From NCBI GenBank assembly GCA_963581115.1, contig CAUZOD010000001.1, positions 1 to 45,596 on the forward strand: a stretch of DNA of 45,596 bases, given 5' to 3'. Each line of letters begins with the position of its first letter. Position 1 is the stretch's first letter. The notes under the pieces were generated by a model. That model saw nothing but the letters and a program-made list of their open reading frames with translations, had not been told where the DNA came from and ran no database searches. This DNA is from Phycisphaerae bacterium (GTDB taxonomy: Bacteria > Planctomycetota > Phycisphaerae > Phycisphaerales > Phycisphaeraceae). The position numbers and the translations under genes were made by a program. Positions 9,340 through 18,628 of the stretch are shown here, piece by piece.

Positions 9340-10344
9340 ATGCACTTACCCACTGGTTCCGCTGAAACTGCATTTCCGGAGGACGACAACGCTTCGCATC
9401 AAGCGGCGAAACTTCCCGATCAAATGACGGGCGGAGCATTTGGGACGTTGCTGGAACCAGTACTGCGGAAGGCCTGCAGAGAGTGCCTATCTGAGGTGAC
9501 TTGGTTTCGTACCGACTGGCAGCGGGGCGGCGCGCTGACGGGTTACGCCAACTGGACTGAGGCTGACCAGACTAGGCCTGTATTTGTGAAACTGCCCGTA
9601 CCTCCCTGTGAACAACGTTGGTTGTTGGCATTACAGGACGCTGAAGATGTTGTACCTAGTTTGTATGCTTATGGCGATTCTTTGGGGGGATATGACTTGG
9701 CGTGGATTATTTTGGAACGATTGGAGCATGGCCCGTTGGGCTCGGCGTGGGGTGGGGGGGCATTCGATCTACTGGTCGAAGCAGCCGGGCGGTTCTACAA
9801 GGCGGCCCATTCCCATCCGTGCTACGGGCAACTGCTGGCCGAGAATTGGGCGGAGCGGTGGCAGCAATCATGGGAGGCGGTTCGAAATGGGGCGATGGCG
9901 GATGGCTATCGCTGGAAACGAGCACTCAAGAAGGCGCATCGCAAGCTCAAGCAGTGGGTTCGGGTGTGGGAACAGAGACCTACGGACTACTGGTGCCACG
10001 GCGACTTACATCTCGGCAATGCTATGACGCGCCAGGCGCCACCGGCCGGGCCGGCATTATTGCTGGATTTTGCCAAAACTCGTGTCGGTCATTGGGTTCA
10101 GGATGCGGTGTATTTCGAGCACCTCTATTGGTCGCGTCGCAATCAACTTGGCGGTCGCAAACTGTGCAGCGCTGTCGCCCATGAACGCAAAAGGCATAGT
10201 TTGCCCGTAGACCGTGACTGGCCCAGATACGCCACGATCCGGCGGGCAATGTTGGCTCTGAGTACTCCCGCGATGCTGCGTTTCGAGGGCGATCGTGCTC
10301 ATGTTGCCGCAGCCCTGGAAGTGCTGGAACGCGAAGTGGGTTAG
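9340..10344 (+). CDS. Aminoglycoside/choline-kinase-like phosphotransferase family protein
   Basis: Catalytic-loop motif WCHGDLHLGNAM followed by LLDFA (DFG-like). Length about 330 aa. Confidence 0.6.
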   Translation: MHLPTGSAETAFPEDDNASHQAAKLPDQMTGGAFGTLLEPVLRKACRECLSEVTWFRTDWQRGGALTGYANWTEADQTRPVFVKLPVPPCEQRWLLALQDAEDVVPSLYAYGDSLGGYDLAWIILERLEHGPLGSAWGGGAFDLLVEAAGRFYKAAHSHPCYGQLLAENWAERWQQSWEAVRNGAMADGYRWKRALKKAHRKLKQWVRVWEQRPTDYWCHGDLHLGNAMTRQAPPAGPALLLDFAKTRVGHWVQDAVYFEHLYWSRRNQLGGRKLCSAVAHERKRHSLPVDRDWPRYATIRRAMLALSTPAMLRFEGDRAHVAAALEVLEREVG

Positions 10345-10351
10345 GTTTGTA

Positions 10352-10369
10352 TCTGCATCTGAATGCAGA
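10352..10369 (+). terminator. Perfect 7-bp hairpin just after the kinase-like gene (weak terminator candidate)
   Basis: TCTGCAT-ctga-ATGCAGA, 8 nt after the stop codon. No U-tract follows. Confidence 0.25.
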
Positions 10370-10494
10370 GTAGCGGTGGGTAAAGACGCTTTCTGGGAAC
10401 GATATTGTTTCCGAGGGTCGCCGAGGAAACCGAAGGCGAGTTAGGCCACTGGTTCAGCGGCCATAAAATTTTCTGGTGCGTTTACAATTTCGCT

Positions 10495-11358
10495 ATGTAC
10501 GATGGTCTATCCAAGATCGCGACATGTTTGGCGGGGTTGGTGCTGCGGGGTGGCCGGTATCCCGGTCGTGCCTTGGTGGCTTCGACATACCGCCGTGCCG
10601 CGAGGCTGCGGCGGAGCCATCGTTTTACGGTCACTGCCGGTGACGGAGTGAAACTGGATGCCTGTTACCTGCCGGCGGTCAATCACAGTCATGGCCGTCT
10701 AACTGTGGTGATTTTGCATGGTTGGCTTGAGATCAAGGAACTCTATCTGGAGCGAGCTTTGCGTCTGAATGGGCAAGGTCATGGCGTGGTGCTCTTTGAC
10801 CAGCGTGCGCACGGCTGCTCTGAAGGCGATGTGTCAACCTTTGGCGTGCGCGAGCACATTGATACAACCAACGTGATCGATACTGCTGGCGCCTTGGGTA
10901 TGGCGACTGAGCGTGTGATCACCATGGGTCATTCCATGGGTGGGGCCACCGCGCTGCAGCATGCAGCGATCGATGCGCGAGTAGCGGGCGTCGTGGCCTT
11001 TGCACCGTTCTTAAGTTTTGAGCAGGCAATCGAGTCCTTTCGTCAGGCGTGGGTGCCTTGGACGGACCGAGGCTGGGTGCGCCGCGGCTTCGACAGCGCG
11101 GTGGGCGCTGCTGGGTTCGATGCTTCGGAATCAGACGTACTTGAGGCGATGCGCCAACTCCAGATACCGGTGATGCTGGTCGAGGGTGGTCTGGACAGGA
11201 ATCTGCCGCCGGTCCACCATACCCGTCCCTTGGCTGCTGCGAAGGCTGACGGAAAATTGGAGATTTTCACTGTTGCGCAGGCTACCCACTACACGTTGCC
11301 ACGGCAGACCTGGCCTGGGCTGGACGATGCGATTGAACGCTTTTGTACTACGGTTTAA
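10495..11358 (+). CDS. Alpha/beta hydrolase
   Basis: VVILHGW and the nucleophile elbow GHSMGG. The track ORF begins at TTG 10405. ATG 10495 (MYDGLSKIATCLAG) is the more likely start. Confidence 0.7.
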   Translation: MYDGLSKIATCLAGLVLRGGRYPGRALVASTYRRAARLRRSHRFTVTAGDGVKLDACYLPAVNHSHGRLTVVILHGWLEIKELYLERALRLNGQGHGVVLFDQRAHGCSEGDVSTFGVREHIDTTNVIDTAGALGMATERVITMGHSMGGATALQHAAIDARVAGVVAFAPFLSFEQAIESFRQAWVPWTDRGWVRRGFDSAVGAAGFDASESDVLEAMRQLQIPVMLVEGGLDRNLPPVHHTRPLAAAKADGKLEIFTVAQATHYTLPRQTWPGLDDAIERFCTTV

Positions 11359-11442
11359 TCCACATTGGACCTGTGTGTTGGCGGCGGGCCAGCCCCTTTG
11401 GGCTTGCTGGCGGGGATTCTGCAATGGGTCGGGGGATCTGGA

Positions 11443-12684
11443 TCAGGACACGTATTTGCGAGGCACATGGGCCGCAATCCGACAGAGCATTTCATAGCAG
11501 TGGCTATGGGCCAGTTTGGCCAGAGTGGGCAAGGCACAGGGTGCTTCCGGATCATCGCTGATTAGTTCCACGTTGCATCCGAGCAGCGAATTGGGGTGAT
11601 GGATCGCCGCTTCGGTCAGGTCGAGGACGATCTGGTCCATATTCACTTTGCCAAGTACCCGGCAGTCGGTCGGGGGATGGCCGGGCAGTATCACGCGTGC
11701 CTGGGCCTTGTTGGACAATTGCAGTGGGTATCCGTCACCATATCCAACCGGCACGACCCCAAGCACGCTGTTACGATCAAGGCGATGAGTGCCGCCGTAT
11801 CCGATAGGTGTGTGATGGGGGTACGTTTCAACGTGGATGATGTGGCTGACCCATCGCACTGCTGGTTCCAGTGCGGGCAGGTCCTCTACGCCCTGATCTT
11901 TAAGATCTCTGGTCCCGTACCCGAACAGGCCCAAGCCACAACGCACCATGTCTAGATGAAATCCGGGCCCACGCATGGTTGCGCAGGAGTTACCAATATG
12001 ATGCATCACATCAGTCGGTAGTTTATCAGCGTGCTTTCGGGTCAGCCGCTTGAATTGTTTGAGTTGCCACAATGCGAATGAATCGTTGCTATCAGCCGTG
12101 GCCAGATGGCTGTAGACGCCGACCACGCATACATGCGAGCATCGCTGTAGCTGTTCCAGTGCCTCTGAGTACTTCTGGGCATTGAGGCCTCCACGGCTCA
12201 TGCCCGTGTCCAGGTACAGATGTACCGGCAATTGGATCCCAAAAGCCTGTCCTATGCGATTCAGTTGCGCCAGTTGCCCGGGCTCGTGAATGCTCAGGTG
12301 CAGCTTGCCTGCTACCGCATGACGGTACAGCGGGTCGGTCTGGGATAGGGTAGTCACCGGCATGAACAGCAGGAGGGGGACTGCTATTTCCTGCTGAACC
12401 AACTGCGAGGCCTCTTGGGCCGAGTACACCGCGAGCATAGGGCAGCCGGCTTGGATCAGTCGGTGTGCGATAGGCACTGCGCCCAGGCCGTAGGCATCCT
12501 TCTTGATTACAGCACAAAGCCGAGTCCCGTTTTCGGACCTGTGGCGACCGAGCAGTCCGTGGATCGCTTTAAAATTATGATCAATCTTTTTAAGATGGAC
12601 TTCCAACTGGCCTAAATGAGTGGAGGTCCGATGGTCGACACGACCGGAGCCATCCCCAGATCGTGGTGAAAGAAGCTGAGTCAT
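11443..12684 (-). CDS. alr: Alanine racemase
   Basis: PLP-lysine motif AVIKKDAYGLGA, plus YGGTHRL and VPVGYGDGYP. Confidence 0.85.
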   Translation of the reverse strand: MTQLLSPRSGDGSGRVDHRTSTHLGQLEVHLKKIDHNFKAIHGLLGRHRSENGTRLCAVIKKDAYGLGAVPIAHRLIQAGCPMLAVYSAQEASQLVQQEIAVPLLLFMPVTTLSQTDPLYRHAVAGKLHLSIHEPGQLAQLNRIGQAFGIQLPVHLYLDTGMSRGGLNAQKYSEALEQLQRCSHVCVVGVYSHLATADSNDSFALWQLKQFKRLTRKHADKLPTDVMHHIGNSCATMRGPGFHLDMVRCGLGLFGYGTRDLKDQGVEDLPALEPAVRWVSHIIHVETYPHHTPIGYGGTHRLDRNSVLGVVPVGYGDGYPLQLSNKAQARVILPGHPPTDCRVLGKVNMDQIVLDLTEAAIHHPNSLLGCNVELISDDPEAPCALPTLAKLAHSHCYEMLCRIAAHVPRKYVS

Positions 12685-12868
12685 GATCCAGTCGGGCTCA
12701 TTCCTAGACGCGTGGTCAGTTAGATGATAGAACGATTGGCAGGAGGCATCAGGCCGATTCGCCTAGGGCGGACCCGCGGGGGTGCACCTGACAGCGGACG
12801 TGAGTATAAGATACGTCTTCCGAGCGGTCTGGCGAAAAACACTAGTCACTTGTTGTCACGGCGATTTA

Positions 12869-14221
12869 ATGAACTTGAATACCCCTCCCCATATTGCATT
12901 CACGGATCTCGGCCTGCGTGACAGCGTCTTGCGTGCGGTGGAACAGATGGGTTTTGTCCATCCTACCGACATTCAGGCTGAGATCATCCCACGTATTTTG
13001 GCTGGCCGTGACGTGATCGGTCAGGCCAAGACCGGTACGGGTAAGACCGCCGCATTCGGCCTGCCAATTCTTAATCGAGCCAATCCTGACGTTCCTATGC
13101 AGGCGTTGATTCTCACTCCCACGCGAGAGCTTGCTGCACAGGTTACGGCGGAAATTGAGCAGTTAGGCCGATTCACCCCCATCCGGGCGGTGTGCATCAT
13201 TGGTGGCGAATCGATGCAGCAGCAGCAGAGATCAATCCGCGAGGGAGCCCAGATTATCGTGGGGACTCCGGGGCGCATCATGGATCTGCACGGTCGGAGG
13301 CAGATTCACTTTCGTGATATCCGCTTCGTCGTGCTAGACGAGGTCGATCGGATGCTCGACATCGGATTCCGTGATGATATTCGCCGCATTCTTGGACACA
13401 TCAGCGGCCCGCATCAGACGGTGTTCGTGTCGGCCACGATCGATGCCGAGATCGAACGGCTGGCCCGCTCCTTCATGGCGTCTGATGCGGAAAAGGTGAC
13501 GACGGTTTCTGGTTCGCTGACCGTGGCAATGGTGGTTCAGAAGTATCTTGGCGTCGAGCCTTGGGACAAGCGGTCACTACTGTTGCATCTGTTGCGTTAT
13601 GAGAAACCCGCTACCACGTTGGTATTTTGCAAGACCAAGGCTACCGTGCACAAGTTGACACGTTACTTGCGTGACAAGGATGTATCCGCCAGAGAAATTC
13701 ACGGCGATCTGCACCAAAAAAAGCGAAATAGTGTTATCAATTCGATGCGTGAGGGGAAGCTGGATGTGTTAATTGCTTCGGATCTGGCTGCCCGTGGTCT
13801 TGATGTGGAGCACATCACTCACGTAATCAACTACGATCTTCCCGAGGATCCGGAGATTTACGTGCACCGAATTGGTCGCACGGCACGTGCCGGTCGTCGT
13901 GGTGTGGCGTGGTCCTTCGTTACGCCCGAGCAGGGTCAGTTGCTGACCAACATTGAAAAGCTGTGCGGGGCACACATTGAGCAATTACAGTACCCAGATT
14001 TCAAGCCTGGCCCCATTCCGCAGGATGTGGCAGAACAAAAGCAACGCGAACAACACCGTCTAGAGCGAGTGCAGGCTAAGCGGCACAGTACTTGGAGCCC
14101 AAACAACCTGGACCAGCTATCGTCTGAGCAAATTGCGGCGATGTTTCCTGACGGCGTCGTTCCGAAATCAGTCCCGCGCAAGACGATCGGTTCTCGCTTC
14201 CGCTCACGTCGCGGGCGTTGA
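12869..14221 (+). CDS. DEAD-box ATP-dependent RNA helicase (DEVD variant) with a basic RG-rich tail
   Basis: Q-motif FTDLGL..GFVHPTDIQ, motif I AKTGTGKTAAF, PTRELA, motif II VLDEVDRML, SAT, HRIGRTARAG. Start taken at ATG 12869. Confidence 0.9.
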   Translation: MNLNTPPHIAFTDLGLRDSVLRAVEQMGFVHPTDIQAEIIPRILAGRDVIGQAKTGTGKTAAFGLPILNRANPDVPMQALILTPTRELAAQVTAEIEQLGRFTPIRAVCIIGGESMQQQQRSIREGAQIIVGTPGRIMDLHGRRQIHFRDIRFVVLDEVDRMLDIGFRDDIRRILGHISGPHQTVFVSATIDAEIERLARSFMASDAEKVTTVSGSLTVAMVVQKYLGVEPWDKRSLLLHLLRYEKPATTLVFCKTKATVHKLTRYLRDKDVSAREIHGDLHQKKRNSVINSMREGKLDVLIASDLAARGLDVEHITHVINYDLPEDPEIYVHRIGRTARAGRRGVAWSFVTPEQGQLLTNIEKLCGAHIEQLQYPDFKPGPIPQDVAEQKQREQHRLERVQAKRHSTWSPNNLDQLSSEQIAAMFPDGVVPKSVPRKTIGSRFRSRRGR

Positions 14222-14296
14222 TCCATAAATCCTATTGGCCGCCTGTCACCATCCAACATGTTTCGGAAAGTTTCAATCAGAGATTTCTTGGGACTT

Positions 14297-14491
14297 TTAG
14301 GTTCGGATTCTGGTGCAGTCGGCGTCTTTGCGGATTGTATTTTTGACATGTTTCAGTACGTCGGTATTCGATCTGCGCGTCTTTCTTGAAATCACATGTT
14401 TGGCTTCCACTTGCAATAAAGTAGGTTGCAAATCCAGGTGAGCAGACAGTGGGCAAACGATTTTCGGTTCAATTCGCGAATGGGAGATCAT
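14297..14491 (-). CDS. Hypothetical 64-aa basic protein, ATGA-coupled to the upstream orphan
   Basis: ATG 14491-14489 overlaps TGA 14490-14488 of the 479-aa ORF. No recognisable motif. It overlaps another candidate ORF (13936..14349) in a different frame. Confidence 0.25.
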   Translation of the reverse strand: MISHSRIEPKIVCPLSAHLDLQPTLLQVEAKHVISRKTRRSNTDVLKHVKNTIRKDADCTRIRT

Positions 14492-15927
14492 CGCACATGA
14501 ATAATCTGGTTCGCAACTTCCGGCAGGATGCGTGCCGCCTGTTGTCGGACCGCGTCCACGATAGTGGGGTTGTTGTCGAAACGTGCTAGGTCGACAATCA
14601 ATGCAACGGTCTTGTCGGTGCCTAGGTGGCGAAAGTACGTCTCCAACTCCCGCGTATCTGCGTTGATGCCAGAAACTACTGTGTGGTAGATGGCTTCGGT
14701 GACCTTCAAAAGCCGGAATCCGGCATCGCGTTCACGCATAGTTGCCAGCGAGTCTGAGGCCATTGCCAGCCAATGGCCCCCTTCGAGTTCACCTGCATAG
14801 CACCTCTCCAAGATACGGGTCGTGGCGTTATTTAGGCAGTAGCTGGCCACGCGTAGTGGACTGGGGACCCGGGCGTCTTTGGGCAGCCTTCGGACCCAGT
14901 TGACGTAACTGAGCGTTGCCGCATCTTCGTGTAGCGCAGCAGCGGCTTCGGCCAGATGGTGCATCTGTCCGACGTATAGCTTGGTGTGGATCAAGTTGCG
15001 CCCGGCCATGAGTAAATTTAATCGTGCCAAGATGCCTACTAGTGAGCCAGGGCCCATCAGGTTGCAGATCACTCGCACGCCGTCCATCACCAAACACATA
15101 TCAGACTCGGCGTGTTCTTCATACTCGCTAAGGGTGACTAGTAGTCGGCGAAGATCACGAGACAGGCTCAGACTCCCACTGCAGGTTTTCTGTTCCCGGA
15201 ATGTTTGACGCACGAAGGATCGATAGCAACCTCCCAACTCAGCCAGATTGACATGTTCGGGGATCCCTTCGCCAAAGCCGTGGTCGATTAGTCGGCTGAC
15301 TGCTGACCGCACTGCGGCCAGTAGGTCGGTGCCCAGGGCTCGGCGCAGGACGGCACGCTTGATGTTGTCCGCGGCAATCAGATTATGGTGGTTTCGCTCT
15401 AGCCGTTTAGCCAGTTCGTCGAGCTTACGCCTCAGTTCGCGTTGCGGCGGATCCTGGATTTGCTGGCATCGCAGGTGTTCAATCGCGGTGCGGACACGTT
15501 TGGGGCTCAACTCGACTCCAAGGATGCGTTTGATCTCTCTGGCCATGGCAGCGTAGTTGAGGCGTGCTAAGTCCGTACCCGACCGTAGACAGCGGTCGAG
15601 TATTTCGTTGAGATCCACATCGCTATCTGGGGCCATCGTGGCTGCCAGCCATTGCAGCACGGCTCGGGCTGAATCATGCACGTTGCGGCGCAGCGGCCTA
15701 AGTTGGTCTTCGATACAAATCACCCGTGACACCGCCCGTGTGGTGTTGGGACGATCAGCCAGGGTGGCTTCCAGCACGGCCGGGTCGACATAGATCATTC
15801 GTGGCTGGGAGACGGGCTCAAGATGGTTGGATAGAACGGTCATCGGGGGTTTAGGGTTGTGGGGATGGATCGGTTCAGCGGCCGGCTTGCACGTTGCCTG
15901 GTGAGCCACTACCGCGTCCGGGGCCAT
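14488..15927 (-). CDS. Hypothetical protein with no recognisable domain (Leu/Ala/Arg/Glu-rich, probably helical)
   Basis: Long uninterrupted ORF with coding-like composition. I see no P-loop, nuclease, HTH or metal motifs. Alternative start at ATG 15843 (MTVLSNHLEP). Confidence 0.55.
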   Translation of the reverse strand: MAPDAVVAHQATCKPAAEPIHPHNPKPPMTVLSNHLEPVSQPRMIYVDPAVLEATLADRPNTTRAVSRVICIEDQLRPLRRNVHDSARAVLQWLAATMAPDSDVDLNEILDRCLRSGTDLARLNYAAMAREIKRILGVELSPKRVRTAIEHLRCQQIQDPPQRELRRKLDELAKRLERNHHNLIAADNIKRAVLRRALGTDLLAAVRSAVSRLIDHGFGEGIPEHVNLAELGGCYRSFVRQTFREQKTCSGSLSLSRDLRRLLVTLSEYEEHAESDMCLVMDGVRVICNLMGPGSLVGILARLNLLMAGRNLIHTKLYVGQMHHLAEAAAALHEDAATLSYVNWVRRLPKDARVPSPLRVASYCLNNATTRILERCYAGELEGGHWLAMASDSLATMRERDAGFRLLKVTEAIYHTVVSGINADTRELETYFRHLGTDKTVALIVDLARFDNNPTIVDAVRQQAARILPEVANQIIHVR

Positions 15928-16024
15928 GGGCTCCAGATTCTGCGAGGCTGGTTCCGTTGGCCATTAGCGGAACCAGCAAGGTCAGAAGCAGCAGGAGATT
16001 TTGAAATAGTTTTTTTCTGCTCAT
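15875..16024 (-). CDS. Candidate 49-aa secreted mini-protein (signal peptide plus Gly/Pro-rich tail)
   Basis: Hand translation: MSRKKLFQNLLLLLTLLVPLMANGTSLAESGAHGPGRGSGSPGNVQAGR*. Below the track length cutoff. It overlaps the 5' end of ORF 14488..15927 in another frame. Confidence 0.25.
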   Translation of the reverse strand: MSRKKLFQNLLLLLTLLVPLMANGTSLAESGAHGPGRGSGSPGNVQAGR

Positions 16025-16285
16025 AAGTCTCTCCAAGCAACAACGGGTGTTTGTTCACCTATTAGAACGTGCGAAGCGGCCTATTTTTAGCCGTTGGTCT
16101 TATAATAAAAAAGTTATTTTTGCGTAAATAGTTTAAAGTAAAGGTTTTATAGGTGAAAAATATTCTCATTTTCTCGTCAGGGCCTTGTGGGCGGCAGTTT
16201 TGATCTATTTGGTGCAGATGGCTGGTTGCGTGGACTAGCTCGACTGACTTGTCCCCAACTGCAAAGCAGAATCAGGAGATGCATT

Positions 16286-16777
16286 GTGACGATAATGCAC
16301 CGTATTCAGTCAGCATTTGTCGTTACCGCCGCTTTGGCCGGGACCCTGTCGGCCCCATATGCCCGGGCAGACCATGGCCCTCGCCCCGTTCATGCTCCAG
16401 ACCGCCGTACCGATACCTGGGTGCATACTCGGGGTTTGGATCCGTTCAACAAGTCGTACTTCAAGATCGATTTCGGCGTCTTGATTGACAAGGATGGCGG
16501 TTGCTACCGTCATCATTCCAAGCATTGCCGGCTCGACTGCGGCCTTCACAGTTCGTATGTGCACATGCGGTATCGCCGCGGTCAACGCCACCGACACCTA
16601 CACGGGCGTCATGGTGGCTACTGGAAGAAAATCTGGGTCCAACCGGTGTACGAGATTCGTTATGGCGACTGTGGTCAGCGGTATCGGATGCTACTGAAAG
16701 AAGGGCACTACAGGGGAATATGGCTCCCCCGGCATGGTTGCCGCCGTCGGCATTGCGCCCGGCACAGGGGTTATTGA
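16286..16777 (+). CDS. Secreted, very basic His/Arg/Cys/Tyr-rich protein, function unknown
   Basis: AGGAG at 16274-16278 lies 7 nt before GTG 16286. MTIMHRIQSAFVVTAALAGTLSAPYARA is a signal peptide. The C-terminal 91 aa hold 13 His, 18 Arg and 6 Cys by my count (YWKKIWVQPVYEIRYGDCG, GHYRGIWLPRHGC). Confidence 0.55.
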   Translation: MTIMHRIQSAFVVTAALAGTLSAPYARADHGPRPVHAPDRRTDTWVHTRGLDPFNKSYFKIDFGVLIDKDGGCYRHHSKHCRLDCGLHSSYVHMRYRRGQRHRHLHGRHGGYWKKIWVQPVYEIRYGDCGQRYRMLLKEGHYRGIWLPRHGCRRRHCARHRGY

Positions 16778-16933
16778 GATTGAAGACATCAGGAGGCCGT
16801 GGGCTAGAGAGTAGCGGGGGCGTGGGGTTGGCGCAGAATGCCAGAGTTGCCCACATATTTTTGCCGCCTATCACCAGCGGTCTTTTTTTACGCGTCGCAT
16901 AGGTTAGATGAAAGCCGCTATGATACGTGGCCC

Positions 16934-17806
16934 ATGGCCAAGACTCGTGAAATCAAGGGGCGGATTAAGGCTGTTGCTAATATTGAACGCATCACCAAGA
17001 CGATGCAGATGATTGCAACGGCTCGCTTCCAGGCGATGCAGCGTAAAGCGACATCTGCTCAGAGCTACACTCGCAAAATTAGTGAGGTTGTCAGCGAGTT
17101 GGCCGCAGCGCTGGCCGGTGAGCAGGTATCCAGTCCGTTGCTGAGTTCGCCGCAGCCGAAGGCCGGTCGGCACCTGGTTCTGGCGATAACCTCTAATCGT
17201 GGCCTGTGCGGTGGATACAATGCCAATGTGCTTCGCACCGCCATGGATCTGATCCAGCAGTACCCACCGGACCAGACATCGGTAGAGGTGGTTGGCAAGA
17301 AGGGGGCGGGGTTTTTCCAGTTCGTGCGACGTACTGTGGACGCGTTCCACGATGACTTTGATGATTCTCCAACATTCGAGCAGGTCAACCGTCTTGCTGA
17401 GCGTTACATGCAGTCGTTTGCTCAGGGCAATTTAGATACCGTGCATGTGGTATCGATGGCGTTCAAGACCATGTCCAGGCAGGAACCAGTGGCGTTGCAA
17501 TTACTGCCATTGCAGTTGCCAACTTCCCCCCATAGCCCGGCAGTCACAGCGGTGTACGAATTTTCACCGGACGTGCAGTCACTGATGGATGAACTGCTGC
17601 CTAAGTCCGTTCGGACGCGACTCTACCAATGCTTCAATGAGGCTCTGGTCAGCGAGCAGTTGGCTCGGATGGTGGCGATGAAGGCGGCGACTGATGCCGC
17701 TGGCAAGATGGGAAAAACACTAAATCGCCAGTACAACCGTGCCCGCCAGACCGCGATTACAACTGAACTGTCGGAGATTATTGGTGGGGCTGCGGCACTG
17801 GCTTAG
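16934..17806 (+). CDS. atpG: F1 ATP synthase gamma subunit
   Basis: MAKTREIKGRIKAVANIERITKTMQMIATARF, ITSNRGLCGGYNANV, and the C-terminal NRARQTAITTELSEIIGGAAAL. Confidence 0.9.
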   Translation: MAKTREIKGRIKAVANIERITKTMQMIATARFQAMQRKATSAQSYTRKISEVVSELAAALAGEQVSSPLLSSPQPKAGRHLVLAITSNRGLCGGYNANVLRTAMDLIQQYPPDQTSVEVVGKKGAGFFQFVRRTVDAFHDDFDDSPTFEQVNRLAERYMQSFAQGNLDTVHVVSMAFKTMSRQEPVALQLLPLQLPTSPHSPAVTAVYEFSPDVQSLMDELLPKSVRTRLYQCFNEALVSEQLARMVAMKAATDAAGKMGKTLNRQYNRARQTAITTELSEIIGGAAALA

Positions 17807-17899
17807 CCTCTGTGCTTCAATCCGATGGGGAGGGCACTTGGACGGCATTCGACCTGCGGGTGGAGTGTGCCCGCAACTTTGGATTGCTTCCTGTCGGGT

Positions 17900-17928
17900 T
17901 TGACATTAATTAGGGTTGGCTCTATTTT
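17900..17928 (+). promoter_or_regulatory. Candidate sigma70-type promoter (TTGACA-17 nt-TATTTT) in front of atpZ
   Basis: TTGACA at 17900-17905 and TATTTT at 17923-17928, in the 170-nt gap between atpG and atpZ. Confidence 0.4.
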
Positions 17929-17975
17929 ACCCCTTGCGGCCGTGACCGAACCAAGTCCGAGTGGGGCGCCCGGAT

Positions 17976-18206
17976 ATGGCCCAGCAGAAGAACCCCAACC
18001 CATGGCGATACGCCCACATGGGGCTCGAATTTTCGGGTGCCGTTCTCGTGCTAACCTTAGTTGGATGGTACGTGGACCGGCAGTATGGCACCCGCCCGTG
18101 GGGAGCTATCATCGGTGCGACGCTAGGGTTTTCTGGAGGGATGTACCTGTTTATCAAGGAAGCACTCAAGGCCGTTCGTAGCGGCAACAGTGACAAACCC
18201 ACATGA
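17976..18206 (+). CDS. atpZ: AtpZ/ATPase_gene1-like small membrane protein
   Basis: MAQQKNPNPWRYAHMGLEFSGAVLVLTLVGWYVDRQYGTRPWGAIIGATLGFSGGMY is a two-TM hairpin with the G..D...gT.PW pattern. It sits directly before the atpI-like gene. Confidence 0.6.
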   Translation: MAQQKNPNPWRYAHMGLEFSGAVLVLTLVGWYVDRQYGTRPWGAIIGATLGFSGGMYLFIKEALKAVRSGNSDKPT

Positions 18207-18628
18207 ACGCCTCCCAACCTCTATATGGTTTTCCTGCCGGTCGCAGTGCCGCCACCTTGATTGCGGTCGCAGTGGTGGGCGCAGTGGTGATTGGTTCGGT
18301 CCTATTGGGTATGGGGGCTTCCGAGCACTTGGGGCCATCTCTTGGGGCAGCCGGGATCTGTTTGGCCGGCGTATTGCTTGCATTGGAGTTGGTGCGTCGC
18401 GCCAGTCGGGTTTCAGCCGATCGCGTTGCAGTGGCCATGCTGGTTGGGGTGGGGGTGCGGCTTGTGATCTGCGGTGGTGGGGCTTGGCTCCTAATCAGCG
18501 TGTTTGATTTGGCGGTCCGTGCAACGGCACTTTGGATGATGGGTTGGTACTTGCTGATGCTGCTGATCGAACTTCGCCTGTTCATCCGATGCTTTCAGGC
18601 GGCAATACCACTGGAGGCTAGGGTATGA
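18203..18628 (+). CDS. atpI: ATP synthase subunit I-like membrane protein
   Basis: 141 aa with about four hydrophobic helices. ATGA overlaps with both neighbours (18203-18206 and 18625-18628). Call is based on position upstream of atpB. Confidence 0.5.
   Translation: MNASQPLYGFPAGRSAATLIAVAVVGAVVIGSVLLGMGASEHLGPSLGAAGICLAGVLLALELVRRASRVSADRVAVAMLVGVGVRLVICGGGAWLLISVFDLAVRATALWMMGWYLLMLLIELRLFIRCFQAAIPLEARV

Noticed and set aside
13936-14349. 137-aa minus-strand ORF beginning MSKIQSAKTPTAPESEPKSPKK
   Set aside because: Two thirds of it is antisense to the 3' end of the DEAD-box helicase gene, and it conflicts with the ATGA-coupled ORF 14297..14491. Only its first 43 or so codons are intergenic. 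It is probably spurious.
17825-18585. Alternative-frame ORFs over atpZ/atpI (17825..18181, 18190..18507, 18166..18585 minus, 17927..18217 minus)
   Set aside because: The frames chosen for atpZ and atpI give clean hydrophobic helices and ATGA coupling to their neighbours. The alternatives are Arg/Gly/Pro-rich shadow frames.
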